Positions 10,775 to 20,087 of a stretch of 64,000 nt of DNA are shown one piece after another (the stretch's first letter is position 1; every line of letters begins with the position of its first letter). The notes under the pieces are model-generated. The model searched no databases and was not told where the DNA came from. It was given only the letters and a program-made list of their open reading frames with translations. The stretch lies in contig CBDASZ010000001.1 of the NCBI GenBank assembly GCA_965199755.1, forward strand, positions 480,001-544,000, given 5' to 3'. The position numbers and the translations under genes were made by a program. The DNA is from an uncultured candidatus Porisulfidus sp. (GTDB taxonomy: Bacteria; Pseudomonadota; Gammaproteobacteria; Poriferisulfidales; Poriferisulfidaceae).

Positions 10775-11700
10775 GACGGCAGGGAGATGCCCAGTTCGGT
10801 CAGGATCTCACGCCCGCCCTGATCTAGCAACTGTTGCGCGGCGTGCGCGCCGGCCTCCGAGGGCGCACCTTCGGTTTGGGCATGCAGCATACGGGAGCCG
10901 TCGCGATTGGCGAGGCGCGCCTGCAGGCTCACGTGTCCCGAACGGATCCAGGTGGCGTGGGCGGCCAGAGGCAACTGGCAACTGCCGAACAAGGCGTGGC
11001 TGAGCGCGCGTTCCGCGGTGACCGCCTCGAAAGTTTCGGCATGATGCAGGTCGCGCACCCATTCCCGCGCATTTGGATGTGTGCTTGCGGCCTCAATCGT
11101 CAGCGCGCCCTGACCGATCGCCGGCAGACACTGCTCTGGTTCAAGAATTTGCGTGATGCGATCCGCCAGACCGAGGCGTTGCAACCCGGCGCAGGCCAGC
11201 ACGAGAGCCTTGCAGTGTCCCTCGTCCAGTCGTTTCAGGCGCGTGTTGACGTTGCCGCGCAGATCAATGAACTCAAGTTCGGGGAATTGCGCGCGCAACT
11301 GAGCTTGGCGGCGCAGGCTGGAGGTGCCGACGCGGCTTCCTTTCGGCAGCGCCTCCAGTGTGCGGTGCTGTGGTGCGATGATCGCGTCGCGCGCGTCGGC
11401 GCGTTGGCATATGGCGATGAGTTCCAGACCTTCCGGCATTTCGGCGGGCACGTCCTTGAGGGAATGCACGGCCAGATCTGTGTCGCCGCGCAGCAGGCTG
11501 TGTTCCAACTCCCGCAGGAACAGGCCTTTCCCGCCGGTCGTGGCAAGCGGGTGCTCCAGCATCTGGTCGCCCTGAGTTTCAATGCGGACCAGTTCGCTGT
11601 GGATGTCTTGTGCGCGTTCAAGTTCCGCCGCCACCTCTTGTGCCTGACACACGGCAAGTGGGCTGCGGCGGGTGGCGATGCGGCAGAGGGCGCGGCTCAT
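10771..11700 (-). CDS. hemC: Hydroxymethylbilane synthase (porphobilinogen deaminase)
   Basis: ATRRSPLA, GGKGLF, VHSLKDVP, GTSSLRR and RGNVNTRL motifs. Confidence 0.98.
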   Translation of the reverse strand: MSRALCRIATRRSPLAVCQAQEVAAELERAQDIHSELVRIETQGDQMLEHPLATTGGKGLFLRELEHSLLRGDTDLAVHSLKDVPAEMPEGLELIAICQRADARDAIIAPQHRTLEALPKGSRVGTSSLRRQAQLRAQFPELEFIDLRGNVNTRLKRLDEGHCKALVLACAGLQRLGLADRITQILEPEQCLPAIGQGALTIEAASTHPNAREWVRDLHHAETFEAVTAERALSHALFGSCQLPLAAHATWIRSGHVSLQARLANRDGSRMLHAQTEGAPSEAGAHAAQQLLDQGGREILTELGISLPS

Positions 11701-12110
11701 GATTTCGCCGGCATCAGTTTGATCGTCTGTTCATGCGGCGCATACACGCGATCGGTGATGAACGCGATGTCCCAGTCGCCGTCGTCTCGCGCCCGGTAGT
11801 CGATCTGCTTGAGTTCGGTCAAGGCCGTGCAGACCAGTGACAGGGTGGCCAGCAGCAATCCGTCATCATCCGCGCGCAGGGCTTGCGGGATCATGCTGGC
11901 GGCGAACTGCGCGCACTGCGTCGAGTCGGGATGGTCGTAGCGCACGCCGCCGGCCTCGAAGCCTTGCTGCAGGCGTTCCTGCAACCGCGCCACGGCGTGG
12001 CGTTGCGGCTCACTCATGCGCGCATCACGGTCCCAATAGGCTTCCACTGTGCCGTCAATGATGACGGCGACCTTGCGTTCGAAGTGTTCCGGCAGGCGGG
12101 AAGCGGACAT
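11697..12110 (-). CDS. Hypothetical protein coupled to hemC
   Basis: 137-aa ORF whose stop overlaps the hemC start (ATGA). Confidence 0.7.
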   Translation of the reverse strand: MSASRLPEHFERKVAVIIDGTVEAYWDRDARMSEPQRHAVARLQERLQQGFEAGGVRYDHPDSTQCAQFAASMIPQALRADDDGLLLATLSLVCTALTELKQIDYRARDDGDWDIAFITDRVYAPHEQTIKLMPAKS

Positions 12111-12192
12111 TGGTATGGTGAGGACAGTGCGCAGAAAATCGCACCTAGCATTTTATAAATACTAAAATAGCGTCAACTCTTTGAGGGCCATC

Positions 12193-13599
12193 ATGGCTGA
12201 TTCTGTAACGAAACCCTGGGGCGGGAGATTTACCGCTGCGACCGATGCAGCAGTGGAAGCCTTTACCGCTTCGGTCGGGTTTGACGCCCGGCTGTATTCC
12301 TGCGACATTCGCGCCTCGCAGGCGCATGCCCGTGGGTTGGCGGCTGCCTCAGTGATTAGCGCTGAGGAGTGCGAGACGCTGGTGCATGGTCTTGATCGGG
12401 TGCGCGCGCAGATTGAATCGGGCGCGGTCACATGGGATGAAGCGCTCGAAGATGTGCACATGAATATCGAAACCTTGCTGGTTGCCGAAGTGGGTGACGT
12501 GGGCAAGAAATTGCATACCGGACGCTCCCGCAACGATCAGATTGCCACCGATTTGCGCCTGTATGTTCGGGATGCGCAGGCGCAACTGGATGCGCTGCTG
12601 CATGCGTTGCAGATGGCTTTGGTGACACGCGCCGAGCAGGAAGCGAACACGCCGATGCCGGGCATGACGCACTTGCAACCGGCGCAGCCGGTAACGGCAG
12701 GGCATATGCTGATGGCCTGGTATGAGATGCTGTGCCGGGATCGGGCCTGGCTGGCGCAAGCCTACCAGCGCACCAATGTGATGCCGCTGGGCGCTGGCGC
12801 GCTGGCGGGGTCAGGCTATGCCATTGATCGCCAGGAAGTGGCGAAGGAACTGGGATTCTCCGGGCTGTGCGATAACTCGCTGGATGCGGTGAGCGACCGT
12901 GATTTCGCGATTGAGTGCTGCGCGCTCATCGCGCAGTTGCTGGTGCATCTGTCGCGGATGGCGGAGATGGTGATCCTGTGGGCCAGTCCGGGCATGGGTT
13001 ACGTCACGCTGCCGGATGAGTACTGCACAGGCTCCTCGCTAATGCCGCAGAAGAAAAACCCCGATGTGCTGGAACTGGTGCGCGGCAAGAGCGCGCGCGC
13101 CTGCGGCAATCTGCAAGCCCTGCTGATGCTGATGAAGGCGCAGCCGCTGGCTTATAACCGTGACAATCAAGAAGACAAGGAGCCGCTGTTCGACAGTCTG
13201 GATACGGCTTTGGCCTGCGTGCCAATGCTGGAGGCGATCGTGACCGGTATGCAGTTTGATGTCGCGCGGATGCGCGCGGATGCGGCGGCCGACTACAGCA
13301 CAGCGACGGATCTGGCGGATGCGCTGGTAGCGCGTGGTATCGCGTTTCGGGATGCCCACCATATCGTCGGCAACGTGGTGGCGTATGCGCTGGAGCAGGG
13401 CCAGACCCTGGAAGAACTGGACGCCGATGCGCTGCAAGAGTACTCCCCGCTGATTGACGCCGAAATGTTGCGCGGCCTAAGTGCGGAGGCCAGTGTCGCC
13501 GCGCGGAGCATACATGGCGGCACGGCACCCGAAGCGGTGCGTGCGCGGGTGAAAGCGGCGCGTGTGGCCTTGCAAGCGGAGCCGCTGCCGAGAGGCTAG
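12193..13599 (+). CDS. argH: Argininosuccinate lyase
   Basis: WGGRF, HTGRSRNDQ and GSSLMPQKKNPD motifs. Confidence 0.98.
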   Translation: MADSVTKPWGGRFTAATDAAVEAFTASVGFDARLYSCDIRASQAHARGLAAASVISAEECETLVHGLDRVRAQIESGAVTWDEALEDVHMNIETLLVAEVGDVGKKLHTGRSRNDQIATDLRLYVRDAQAQLDALLHALQMALVTRAEQEANTPMPGMTHLQPAQPVTAGHMLMAWYEMLCRDRAWLAQAYQRTNVMPLGAGALAGSGYAIDRQEVAKELGFSGLCDNSLDAVSDRDFAIECCALIAQLLVHLSRMAEMVILWASPGMGYVTLPDEYCTGSSLMPQKKNPDVLELVRGKSARACGNLQALLMLMKAQPLAYNRDNQEDKEPLFDSLDTALACVPMLEAIVTGMQFDVARMRADAAADYSTATDLADALVARGIAFRDAHHIVGNVVAYALEQGQTLEELDADALQEYSPLIDAEMLRGLSAEASVAARSIHGGTAPEAVRARVKAARVALQAEPLPRG

Positions 13600-14261
13600 T
13601 TCTCTGTTGTGAAGATGCGGCGCAGAAAAGCGCCGAGCTCCTGCAACTCCTCAAAAGTGACTTCGTGGCCAAAGTTGGCGCTGTGCCATTGCACCGGATA
13701 GCCGATCTTCTCCAGTTGCTCCCGACTGTACTCTCCGAACGGGCAGGGCACCACATCATCCAGGCGGCCATGGCCGATAAACACAGGGATCCGCTCTGAT
13801 ATCTCCGCAGCGTGCTGTAGCAAGGCTTCGTGCTGCGGGAGGTAGCCGGACAGACAGACGGCACCCGCCGGCGGTGTCGGTGCGTGCAGCGCCGCATACA
13901 TGGCCATCGCGCCGCCTTGAGAGTAGCCGCCAATGGCACAGGCCTCAATGCCGTCGTCATATTGCTGCAGCAGCGTCTCGAACAACGATGCGGCCGTGGC
14001 TTCAAGCCCATCAGGGTCGCTGGTGACGGTGCCGTCGGATTGCGGCAGAATGTCGAACCAGGAGGCTGCTTCCTGACCGTCGAACAGGGTCACCGCTCGG
14101 GTCGGCGCTTGCGGGGCGATGATGCGCAGTTGCGGACAGCGCAATTGCGTCTGAAGATCGCCGAAATTCGAGGCGGTGGCACCGAGTCCGTGCAACCAGA
14201 GCAAAGTGAAGCGCGCTTCTCCTTGCGGAGGCTCCCAGATCAGATCGGCGGCGGACTTCAT
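13596..14261 (-). CDS. Alpha/beta hydrolase (phospholipase/carboxylesterase family)
   Basis: WLHGLGA, GYSQGG nucleophile elbow, HGRLDDVV and GHEV. Confidence 0.92.
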   Translation of the reverse strand: MKSAADLIWEPPQGEARFTLLWLHGLGATASNFGDLQTQLRCPQLRIIAPQAPTRAVTLFDGQEAASWFDILPQSDGTVTSDPDGLEATAASLFETLLQQYDDGIEACAIGGYSQGGAMAMYAALHAPTPPAGAVCLSGYLPQHEALLQHAAEISERIPVFIGHGRLDDVVPCPFGEYSREQLEKIGYPVQWHSANFGHEVTFEELQELGAFLRRIFTTEN

Positions 14262-14367
14262 GGCTGTAATGCGCTTGAAAGGCGGGCGTTGCGCATACGC
14301 GCTTGGTTTAAGGTACTATATAACAGGTGTTGCATGGCATGGATGCCACTTCGGAGACTGACGCAAG

Positions 14368-14481
14368 ATGAACAAATTTGGCAAAATTTTGGCCGCCTTT
14401 GTATTAATAGGAGCGTGCGCCGCTTGCGGGCAGATGGGACCGCTGGAGCCGCCCCCCGAAACTGCGATCGCGCAGGAGTGA
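14368..14481 (+). CDS. lptM: LPS translocon maturation lipoprotein LptM (YifL) family
   Basis: 37-aa ORF below the ORF-track cutoff, MNKFGKILAAFVLIGACAACGQMGPLEPPP...; lipobox plus CGxxGPL; canonical position before lysA. Confidence 0.75.
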   Translation: MNKFGKILAAFVLIGACAACGQMGPLEPPPETAIAQE

Positions 14482-14485
14482 ATCT

Positions 14486-15736
14486 ATGGTAGCCGTCAAC
14501 TATCAGGACGGGCAACTGTACGCCGAATCGATCTCGCTGGAGGAAATGGCGCGGGTCTATGGCACGCCGTGCTATCTTTATTCAGCGCCGGATATTGCGC
14601 GCAACGTCCGCGAGTTGCAACAGGCTTTTGGGGAACATCCGCATCGAGTTTGCTATGCGGTCAAGGCCAATGGCAATCTGAGTATCCTGCGCTATTTGAA
14701 AGAATTGGGCTGCGCCTTCGACATTGTTTCAGGCGGCGAACTGGAGCGGGTGCGCGCGGCGGGCGGAGACTTGACACAATCGGTGTTTTCCGGGGTGGGC
14801 AAGAGTGAAGCAGAGATTCGCTTGGCGCTGGAAGCCAACATCGGTGCCTTTCATGTGGAGTCCATTCCCGAGTTGCAGCGTATTGATCGCCTCGCGCAAG
14901 AGTTGGGCGTGGTGGCATCGGTTGCCATGCGCATCAACCCGGCCATTGACGCGGACACGCACCCGAATATCGCCACCGGCTCGCGCGACAGCAAGTTTGG
15001 TGTGTCCTCAGAGGAAGTAATGAAAGCCTACGATATGGCCGCCGGGATGAATGGCATCAGAATTTGTGGCGTGTCCTGTCATATCGGCTCGCAGCTGCTG
15101 GATTCCAGACCGATTTTGGACGCGGCGCAAAAACTGGTCGATCTGTCGGATCGTTTGCAAGCGAATGGCATTGCGCTGGAGTATCTGGATGTGGGCGGTG
15201 GTCTGGGGATATGCTATCAGCAGGAACAGCCGCCGGATGCGGCGGAATATGTCGGCGGGCTGCTTGAGGTGCTCAAGACGCGCTCGCAGACCTTGCTGAT
15301 TGAGCCGGGCCGATTCATCGTGGGCAATGCGGGCGTGTTGCTGACGTGCGTGGAATACATCAAGGAAGCCGACACCAACCGGTTCGCGGTGGTGGATGCC
15401 TCCATGAACGAACTGATACGCCCGGCCATGTACGGTGCTTGGCATCGCATTATGGTGGTGCAGCAGAATCCTGATTGTGCCACGCAGACCTACGATGTGG
15501 TGGGGCCGGTTTGCGAAACGACGGACTACCTTGCCCGAAAACGGGATCTGGCGATTCGCGAAGGCAATCATCTGGCGATTTTGTCGGCGGGTGCCTACGC
15601 CGCGTCGATGGGGTGCACCTACAACGCCCGCCCGTTGGTCGCCGAAGTCATGATTGATAACGGGCAGCACCGGTTGATTCGCCGGCGTGGCGACAACTCG
15701 CAGCTGTTCGTGAACGAGCTGGAGATGCTGGAGTGA
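14486..15736 (+). CDS. lysA: Diaminopimelate decarboxylase
   Basis: YAVKAN, HIGSQ, DVGGGLG, EPGR and GPVCET motifs. Confidence 0.97.
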   Translation: MVAVNYQDGQLYAESISLEEMARVYGTPCYLYSAPDIARNVRELQQAFGEHPHRVCYAVKANGNLSILRYLKELGCAFDIVSGGELERVRAAGGDLTQSVFSGVGKSEAEIRLALEANIGAFHVESIPELQRIDRLAQELGVVASVAMRINPAIDADTHPNIATGSRDSKFGVSSEEVMKAYDMAAGMNGIRICGVSCHIGSQLLDSRPILDAAQKLVDLSDRLQANGIALEYLDVGGGLGICYQQEQPPDAAEYVGGLLEVLKTRSQTLLIEPGRFIVGNAGVLLTCVEYIKEADTNRFAVVDASMNELIRPAMYGAWHRIMVVQQNPDCATQTYDVVGPVCETTDYLARKRDLAIREGNHLAILSAGAYAASMGCTYNARPLVAEVMIDNGQHRLIRRRGDNSQLFVNELEMLE

Positions 15737-15746
15737 GGACGCGGCC

Positions 15747-16511
15747 GTGACGGGTGTGCGTATTACCGTTGTTGCGTGGCTGGCGTTTCAGGTCTCTTCA
15801 GCCGCGGCGGATTGCGCCCGCGAGGACATTGAGTTTTATCTGGAGAAGGGCTTCACGCACGAACAGGTCTCGCAACTGTGTTCGCGCGCCGTGGGTGGTG
15901 GCGACAGTAAGAACTACGAATCCTTTACCGAGGAGTACGTCAATCGGCGCGATGCCGAATACGAAGCGCGGATGCGCGTAGAGCGAGAAGTCTCGCTACG
16001 TAATTCAATCGAAGGGGCCGGCGTGCGTTTGGCTGGAGGTTGGCTGGAGTATGTGCGTAAGCAATGTGTCAGTGAAGGGGTGGAGAAAGATCGGATCTTC
16101 GGCCTCAAGTCGTGTCCGAAGATTCGTTTTCGCATTCGCATGGCGGGACTGCAAGTGGATGACCGCGAATACCAGAAGCGGTTTCTGTTCGGTCAGAAAA
16201 TGATTCGAGTGGAAGGAGAGATTCAGCGAAAACTCATGCCCGGCGCGTTCGCCGACATCCCGGACGAGTACTGGCGCGAGCAACTCGGCAAGAAACTCGA
16301 ACAGGGCAATTCAACCAAGATCCCGCTGCGCGATGGCGTCGACTTCCACTTTGTATATGGCGCGCTGACAGATATTGTGGACCACGAAACCGAACGCCAG
16401 CAGGCCCTGGAGGATCGCAATGTGACGGAAGTCTATGGCGATGTGTCACTGGAGGCGGATGACTTCGAAGGGGCACTGAGTGGCGAACTGGAAATGGATG
16501 AAGTCGAATAA
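15747..16511 (+). CDS. Exported hypothetical protein
   Basis: Signal-peptide-like N-terminus, CAREDIEFYLEKGFTHEQVSQLC motif, four Cys, acidic tail. Confidence 0.7.
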   Translation: MTGVRITVVAWLAFQVSSAAADCAREDIEFYLEKGFTHEQVSQLCSRAVGGGDSKNYESFTEEYVNRRDAEYEARMRVEREVSLRNSIEGAGVRLAGGWLEYVRKQCVSEGVEKDRIFGLKSCPKIRFRIRMAGLQVDDREYQKRFLFGQKMIRVEGEIQRKLMPGAFADIPDEYWREQLGKKLEQGNSTKIPLRDGVDFHFVYGALTDIVDHETERQQALEDRNVTEVYGDVSLEADDFEGALSGELEMDEVE

Positions 16512-16666
16512 GTATTTATAGGACTTAGGGCTTGCTATAAAATTTTTTTATAACACCCAAAATTATCAACTTCCTATTAACCCATACATTTGTGCTACAT
16601 TAGTGCGTTGAAAGCCGGCGGCCGACATGGCCGCTGACAGGATTGACTACAACCGAGGTATGACTT
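16512..16666 (+). promoter_or_regulatory. AT-rich promoter region of aprBA
   Basis: AT-rich intergenic stretch with a TATAAAA-N3-TTTTATA inverted repeat (16536-16552) and GAGG RBS before aprB. Confidence 0.45.
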
Positions 16667-17128
16667 ATGCCTACTTTCGTAAGAACTGACAAATGCGATG
16701 GCTGTAAGGGTCAGGACAAGACCGCTTGCATGTACATTTGCCCCCATGACTTGATGCGTCTGGATAAGGACGGATCAGAAACCGGGCACGCCATGAAGGC
16801 TTATAACCAAGAGCCCGAACAGTGCTGGGAATGCTATTCCTGCGTCAAGATTTGCCCGCAGCAGGCGATTGAATGTCGCCACTATGCAGACGTTGTGCCG
16901 CTGGGCGCATCGGTCCAGCCGCTGCGCGGTACCGACTCCATCATGTGGACCATCAAGTTCCGCAATGGAACCATGAAACGATTCAAGTTCCCCATCCGCA
17001 CCACGCCGGAAGGCTCCGCTGATCCTTATGGCGGCGAGAATGATGCGGTCATGGCGGAAGGCAAGGACCACAGCACCCTGTTCACCAAAGGCACGCACAG
17101 TTGCGACATGTCGCAATTCGCATCCTGA
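16667..17128 (+). CDS. aprB: Adenylylsulfate reductase beta subunit (ferredoxin-like)
   Basis: CDGCKGQDKTACMYICP and CWECYSCVKICP Fe-S motifs; KRFKFPIRTT. Confidence 0.97.
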   Translation: MPTFVRTDKCDGCKGQDKTACMYICPHDLMRLDKDGSETGHAMKAYNQEPEQCWECYSCVKICPQQAIECRHYADVVPLGASVQPLRGTDSIMWTIKFRNGTMKRFKFPIRTTPEGSADPYGGENDAVMAEGKDHSTLFTKGTHSCDMSQFAS

Positions 17129-17155
17129 GCGCGGACACTTGAAGGAGAAAGTACG

Positions 17156-19123
17156 ATGGCTGAATTCGGACAACCGGAAATCGTCGAAGAAGAAGTTGAT
17201 ATTCTTCTGATCGGCGGAGGTATGGCCTGTTGCGGTGCCGCCTTTGAGGTGACGCGCTGGATTGACCAGGCGCGCGCACAGGGCAAGGATATCAAGATCA
17301 AACTGGTAGACAAGGCGGCAATGGATCGCTCCGGCGCTGTCGCGCAGGGTCTGTCGGCAATTAACACCTACATGGGTGAGAATGACCCGGCGGACTATGT
17401 TCGCTATGTTCGCGGCGACCTGATGGGTATTGTGCGCGAGGATTTGGTGTACGACGTGGGTCGGCACGTGGATGACTCGGTACATAACTTTGAGAAATGG
17501 GGACTGCCGATCTGGAAGCAGTCTGGCGATGAAGGCAAGCGGCTGGTTGACGGCGGCAAGCCGGTTCGTTCGGGCCGCTGGCAGATCATGATCAATGGTG
17601 AATCCTACAAATGGGTGGTGGCGGAAGCGGCCAAGAAGGCACTCGGCACCGAAAACATTGAAGAGCGCATCTTCATTGTTCGCCTGCTCACTGACAAGAA
17701 CGATCCGAGCCGTGTGGCTGGCGCTGCCGGCTTCAGCGTTCGCGAAGATCGCATCTACATTTATCGCTTCAAGTGCTGCCTGCTGGCCTGCGGCGGTGCC
17801 GTCAATGTGTTCCGTCCGCGTTCCGTAGGCGAGGGCACTGGCCGCGCCTGGTACCCGGTATGGAATGCTGGCTCCACCTACTCAATGGCGGCGGAATGCG
17901 GCGCAGAGTTGACCATGATGGAAAACCGCTTCGTGCCGGCGCGCTTCAAGGATGGCTACGGCCCGGTGGGCGCATGGTTCCTGCTGTTCAAGGCGCAGGC
18001 GATGAACGCCTTCGGTGAGGACTACCAGACCCGCAATGCCGAAGACCTGAAAGTCCACGGCTACGACGCTTATGCCAACGGTCCCAAGATGGGCACCTGT
18101 CTGCGCAATCATCTGATGATGAAGGAAATGAAGGAAGGCCGCGGCCCGATCTTCATGGATACGCCGACGGCGATGGCTAAACTGGCAGAAAACATGACGC
18201 CGAAAGAGATCAAGCATCTGGAGGCGGAAGCTTGGGAAGACTTCCTCGACATGACGATTGGTCAGTGTGGCGTGTGGGCCGGTGAGAACATTGAGCCGGA
18301 CAAGGAAATGTCCGAGCTGATGCCGACCGAACCGTATCTGCTGGGCTCACATGCTGGCTGTGCCGGCATTTGGGTGTCCGGGCCGGATGATCTGCCCGGC
18401 GCTCCGGATCATTACCACTGGGGCTATAACCGGATGACGACTGTATCCGGCCTGTTTACTGCAGGTGACGGTGTCGGCGCTTCCGGGCACAAGTTCTCCA
18501 GCGGTTCACATTCCGAAGGTCGTATTGCCGCCAAGGCGATGGTGCAGTATGTGCTGGACCACCCGGATATGAAGCCGGAATTGTCCCGCAGCGTGGAAGA
18601 TATTGTCGAGGAGATTTATCGTCCGGTGCGCAATTATCTGGAGCACAAGGACTACACCACGGCGATTGACATCAATCCACATTACATCACACCGAAGATG
18701 TTCCAGTTCCGTTTGCAGAAAGTCATGGATGAGTATGTGGCGGGCGTATCCACCATGTACCAGACCAACAATAGTATGCTGGAGTTGGCAGAGCGCAAAC
18801 TGGAAATGCTTCGTGAGGACTCGCTGAAGATGCGTGCGAAGGATCTGCACGAACTGTTGCGTGCCTGGGAGAACTACCACCGCCTGATCGCGGCGTTCGC
18901 CCACATGAAGCACATCAAGTTCCGCGAGGAGACCCGCTATCCGGGCTACTACTATCGGGCGGACTATATGAGAATTGACGATGAGAACTGGAAGTGCTTC
19001 GTCAACTCCAAGTTCGATAGAGAGACCGGAGAATGGAGTCTGCGCAAAGTACCTTATGCCCAGTTGATCAAGCCGGATGAGAGTGAGCCGGAGGGCATGG
19101 CCCGTCCCGGCAGTTCCTGCTGA
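17156..19123 (+). CDS. aprA: Adenylylsulfate reductase alpha subunit (FAD)
   Basis: RSGAVAQGLSAIN, WQIMINGESYK, GRAWYPVWN and GHKFSSGS motifs. Confidence 0.98.
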   Translation: MAEFGQPEIVEEEVDILLIGGGMACCGAAFEVTRWIDQARAQGKDIKIKLVDKAAMDRSGAVAQGLSAINTYMGENDPADYVRYVRGDLMGIVREDLVYDVGRHVDDSVHNFEKWGLPIWKQSGDEGKRLVDGGKPVRSGRWQIMINGESYKWVVAEAAKKALGTENIEERIFIVRLLTDKNDPSRVAGAAGFSVREDRIYIYRFKCCLLACGGAVNVFRPRSVGEGTGRAWYPVWNAGSTYSMAAECGAELTMMENRFVPARFKDGYGPVGAWFLLFKAQAMNAFGEDYQTRNAEDLKVHGYDAYANGPKMGTCLRNHLMMKEMKEGRGPIFMDTPTAMAKLAENMTPKEIKHLEAEAWEDFLDMTIGQCGVWAGENIEPDKEMSELMPTEPYLLGSHAGCAGIWVSGPDDLPGAPDHYHWGYNRMTTVSGLFTAGDGVGASGHKFSSGSHSEGRIAAKAMVQYVLDHPDMKPELSRSVEDIVEEIYRPVRNYLEHKDYTTAIDINPHYITPKMFQFRLQKVMDEYVAGVSTMYQTNNSMLELAERKLEMLREDSLKMRAKDLHELLRAWENYHRLIAAFAHMKHIKFREETRYPGYYYRADYMRIDDENWKCFVNSKFDRETGEWSLRKVPYAQLIKPDESEPEGMARPGSSC

Positions 19124-19150
19124 TCCCGCTGGCATAAACCCGCATCAAGA

Positions 19151-19187
19151 CGGGGAGACCGCGCAAGCGGGCTCCCCGTTTTCTTTT
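19151..19187 (+). terminator. Rho-independent terminator after aprA
   Basis: CGGGGAGACCGC-GCAA-GCGGGCTCCCCG hairpin followed by TTTTCTTTT. Confidence 0.8.
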
Positions 19188-19262
19188 GGGCGCTGGTCAG
19201 GGTGAAGACGCGCTTATGTAGAATGTTGGATACGTTCTGGATGTGATCCGGGGAACTTCTCA

Positions 19263-20087
19263 ATGAATGTAACGCCGCCACTGAAAATGCAGGGGATCAA
19301 AACGAAGCTCATTCCCTTCATACGGGACAATATTGTCTGGCAAGAGGAAGGACGGTGGGTGGAACCCTTTGTCGGTTCCGGGGTGGTACTGTTCAATGTC
19401 AACCCGACTCGCGCCTTGCTGGGCGACACCAACGGTCACGTTATTCGTTTTTATCAGGCCATTCAGGATGGTCGATTGTCGGGAGATTCTGCGCGTATGT
19501 TTCTGGAGCGCGAGGGGCTGCAGCTATTCGAGGAAGGGGAAGCGCATTACTATCGGATCCGGGAAAGATTCAACGAACACCATGACCCCCTGGACTTTCT
19601 GTTTCTGAACCGCGCGTGTTTCAACGGATTGATGCGATTCAACGGTCAGGGAAAATTCAACACGCCTTTTTGCCGTAAACCGGAGCGCTTTCGCCGCGCT
19701 TATATCACCAAGATCTGCAATCAGATTGACAGGGTGGCGAGCCTGATGAAAGGCAAGGACTGGACGTTTGTATGCTCGGATTGGAAGGACACGCTGGAGC
19801 AAGTAACAGCCAGCGACTTCGTTTATGCGGACCCGCCTTATGCGGGAAGATTCACTGACTACTTCAACGGCTGGATGGATGAGGATGCTGAGAATCTGGA
19901 AGGTCGGCTCAAGCAATTGCCGTGCCCGTTTCTGTACTCAATGTGGGCTGAAAATAAGTACAGAAAAAATGACAGGCTTTATCGCGCTTTCCCGACCCAC
20001 AAGATAAAAACGTTGGATCATTTCTATCACTTGGGATCAAATGAAAGCCTCAGAAACTCGATGAAAGAGGCTTTGGTTTTGGGATGA
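19263..20087 (+). CDS. Dam/M.EcoRV-type N6-adenine DNA methyltransferase
   Basis: WVEPFVGSGVV (motif I), FNGLMRFN..G.FNTPF and YADPPY (motif IV). Confidence 0.93.
   Translation: MNVTPPLKMQGIKTKLIPFIRDNIVWQEEGRWVEPFVGSGVVLFNVNPTRALLGDTNGHVIRFYQAIQDGRLSGDSARMFLEREGLQLFEEGEAHYYRIRERFNEHHDPLDFLFLNRACFNGLMRFNGQGKFNTPFCRKPERFRRAYITKICNQIDRVASLMKGKDWTFVCSDWKDTLEQVTASDFVYADPPYAGRFTDYFNGWMDEDAENLEGRLKQLPCPFLYSMWAENKYRKNDRLYRAFPTHKIKTLDHFYHLGSNESLRNSMKEALVLG

Noticed and set aside
15747-16511. aprM candidate upstream of aprB
   Set aside because: Soluble exported protein lacking the multiple TM helices of AprM, and separated from aprB by a promoter-like gap
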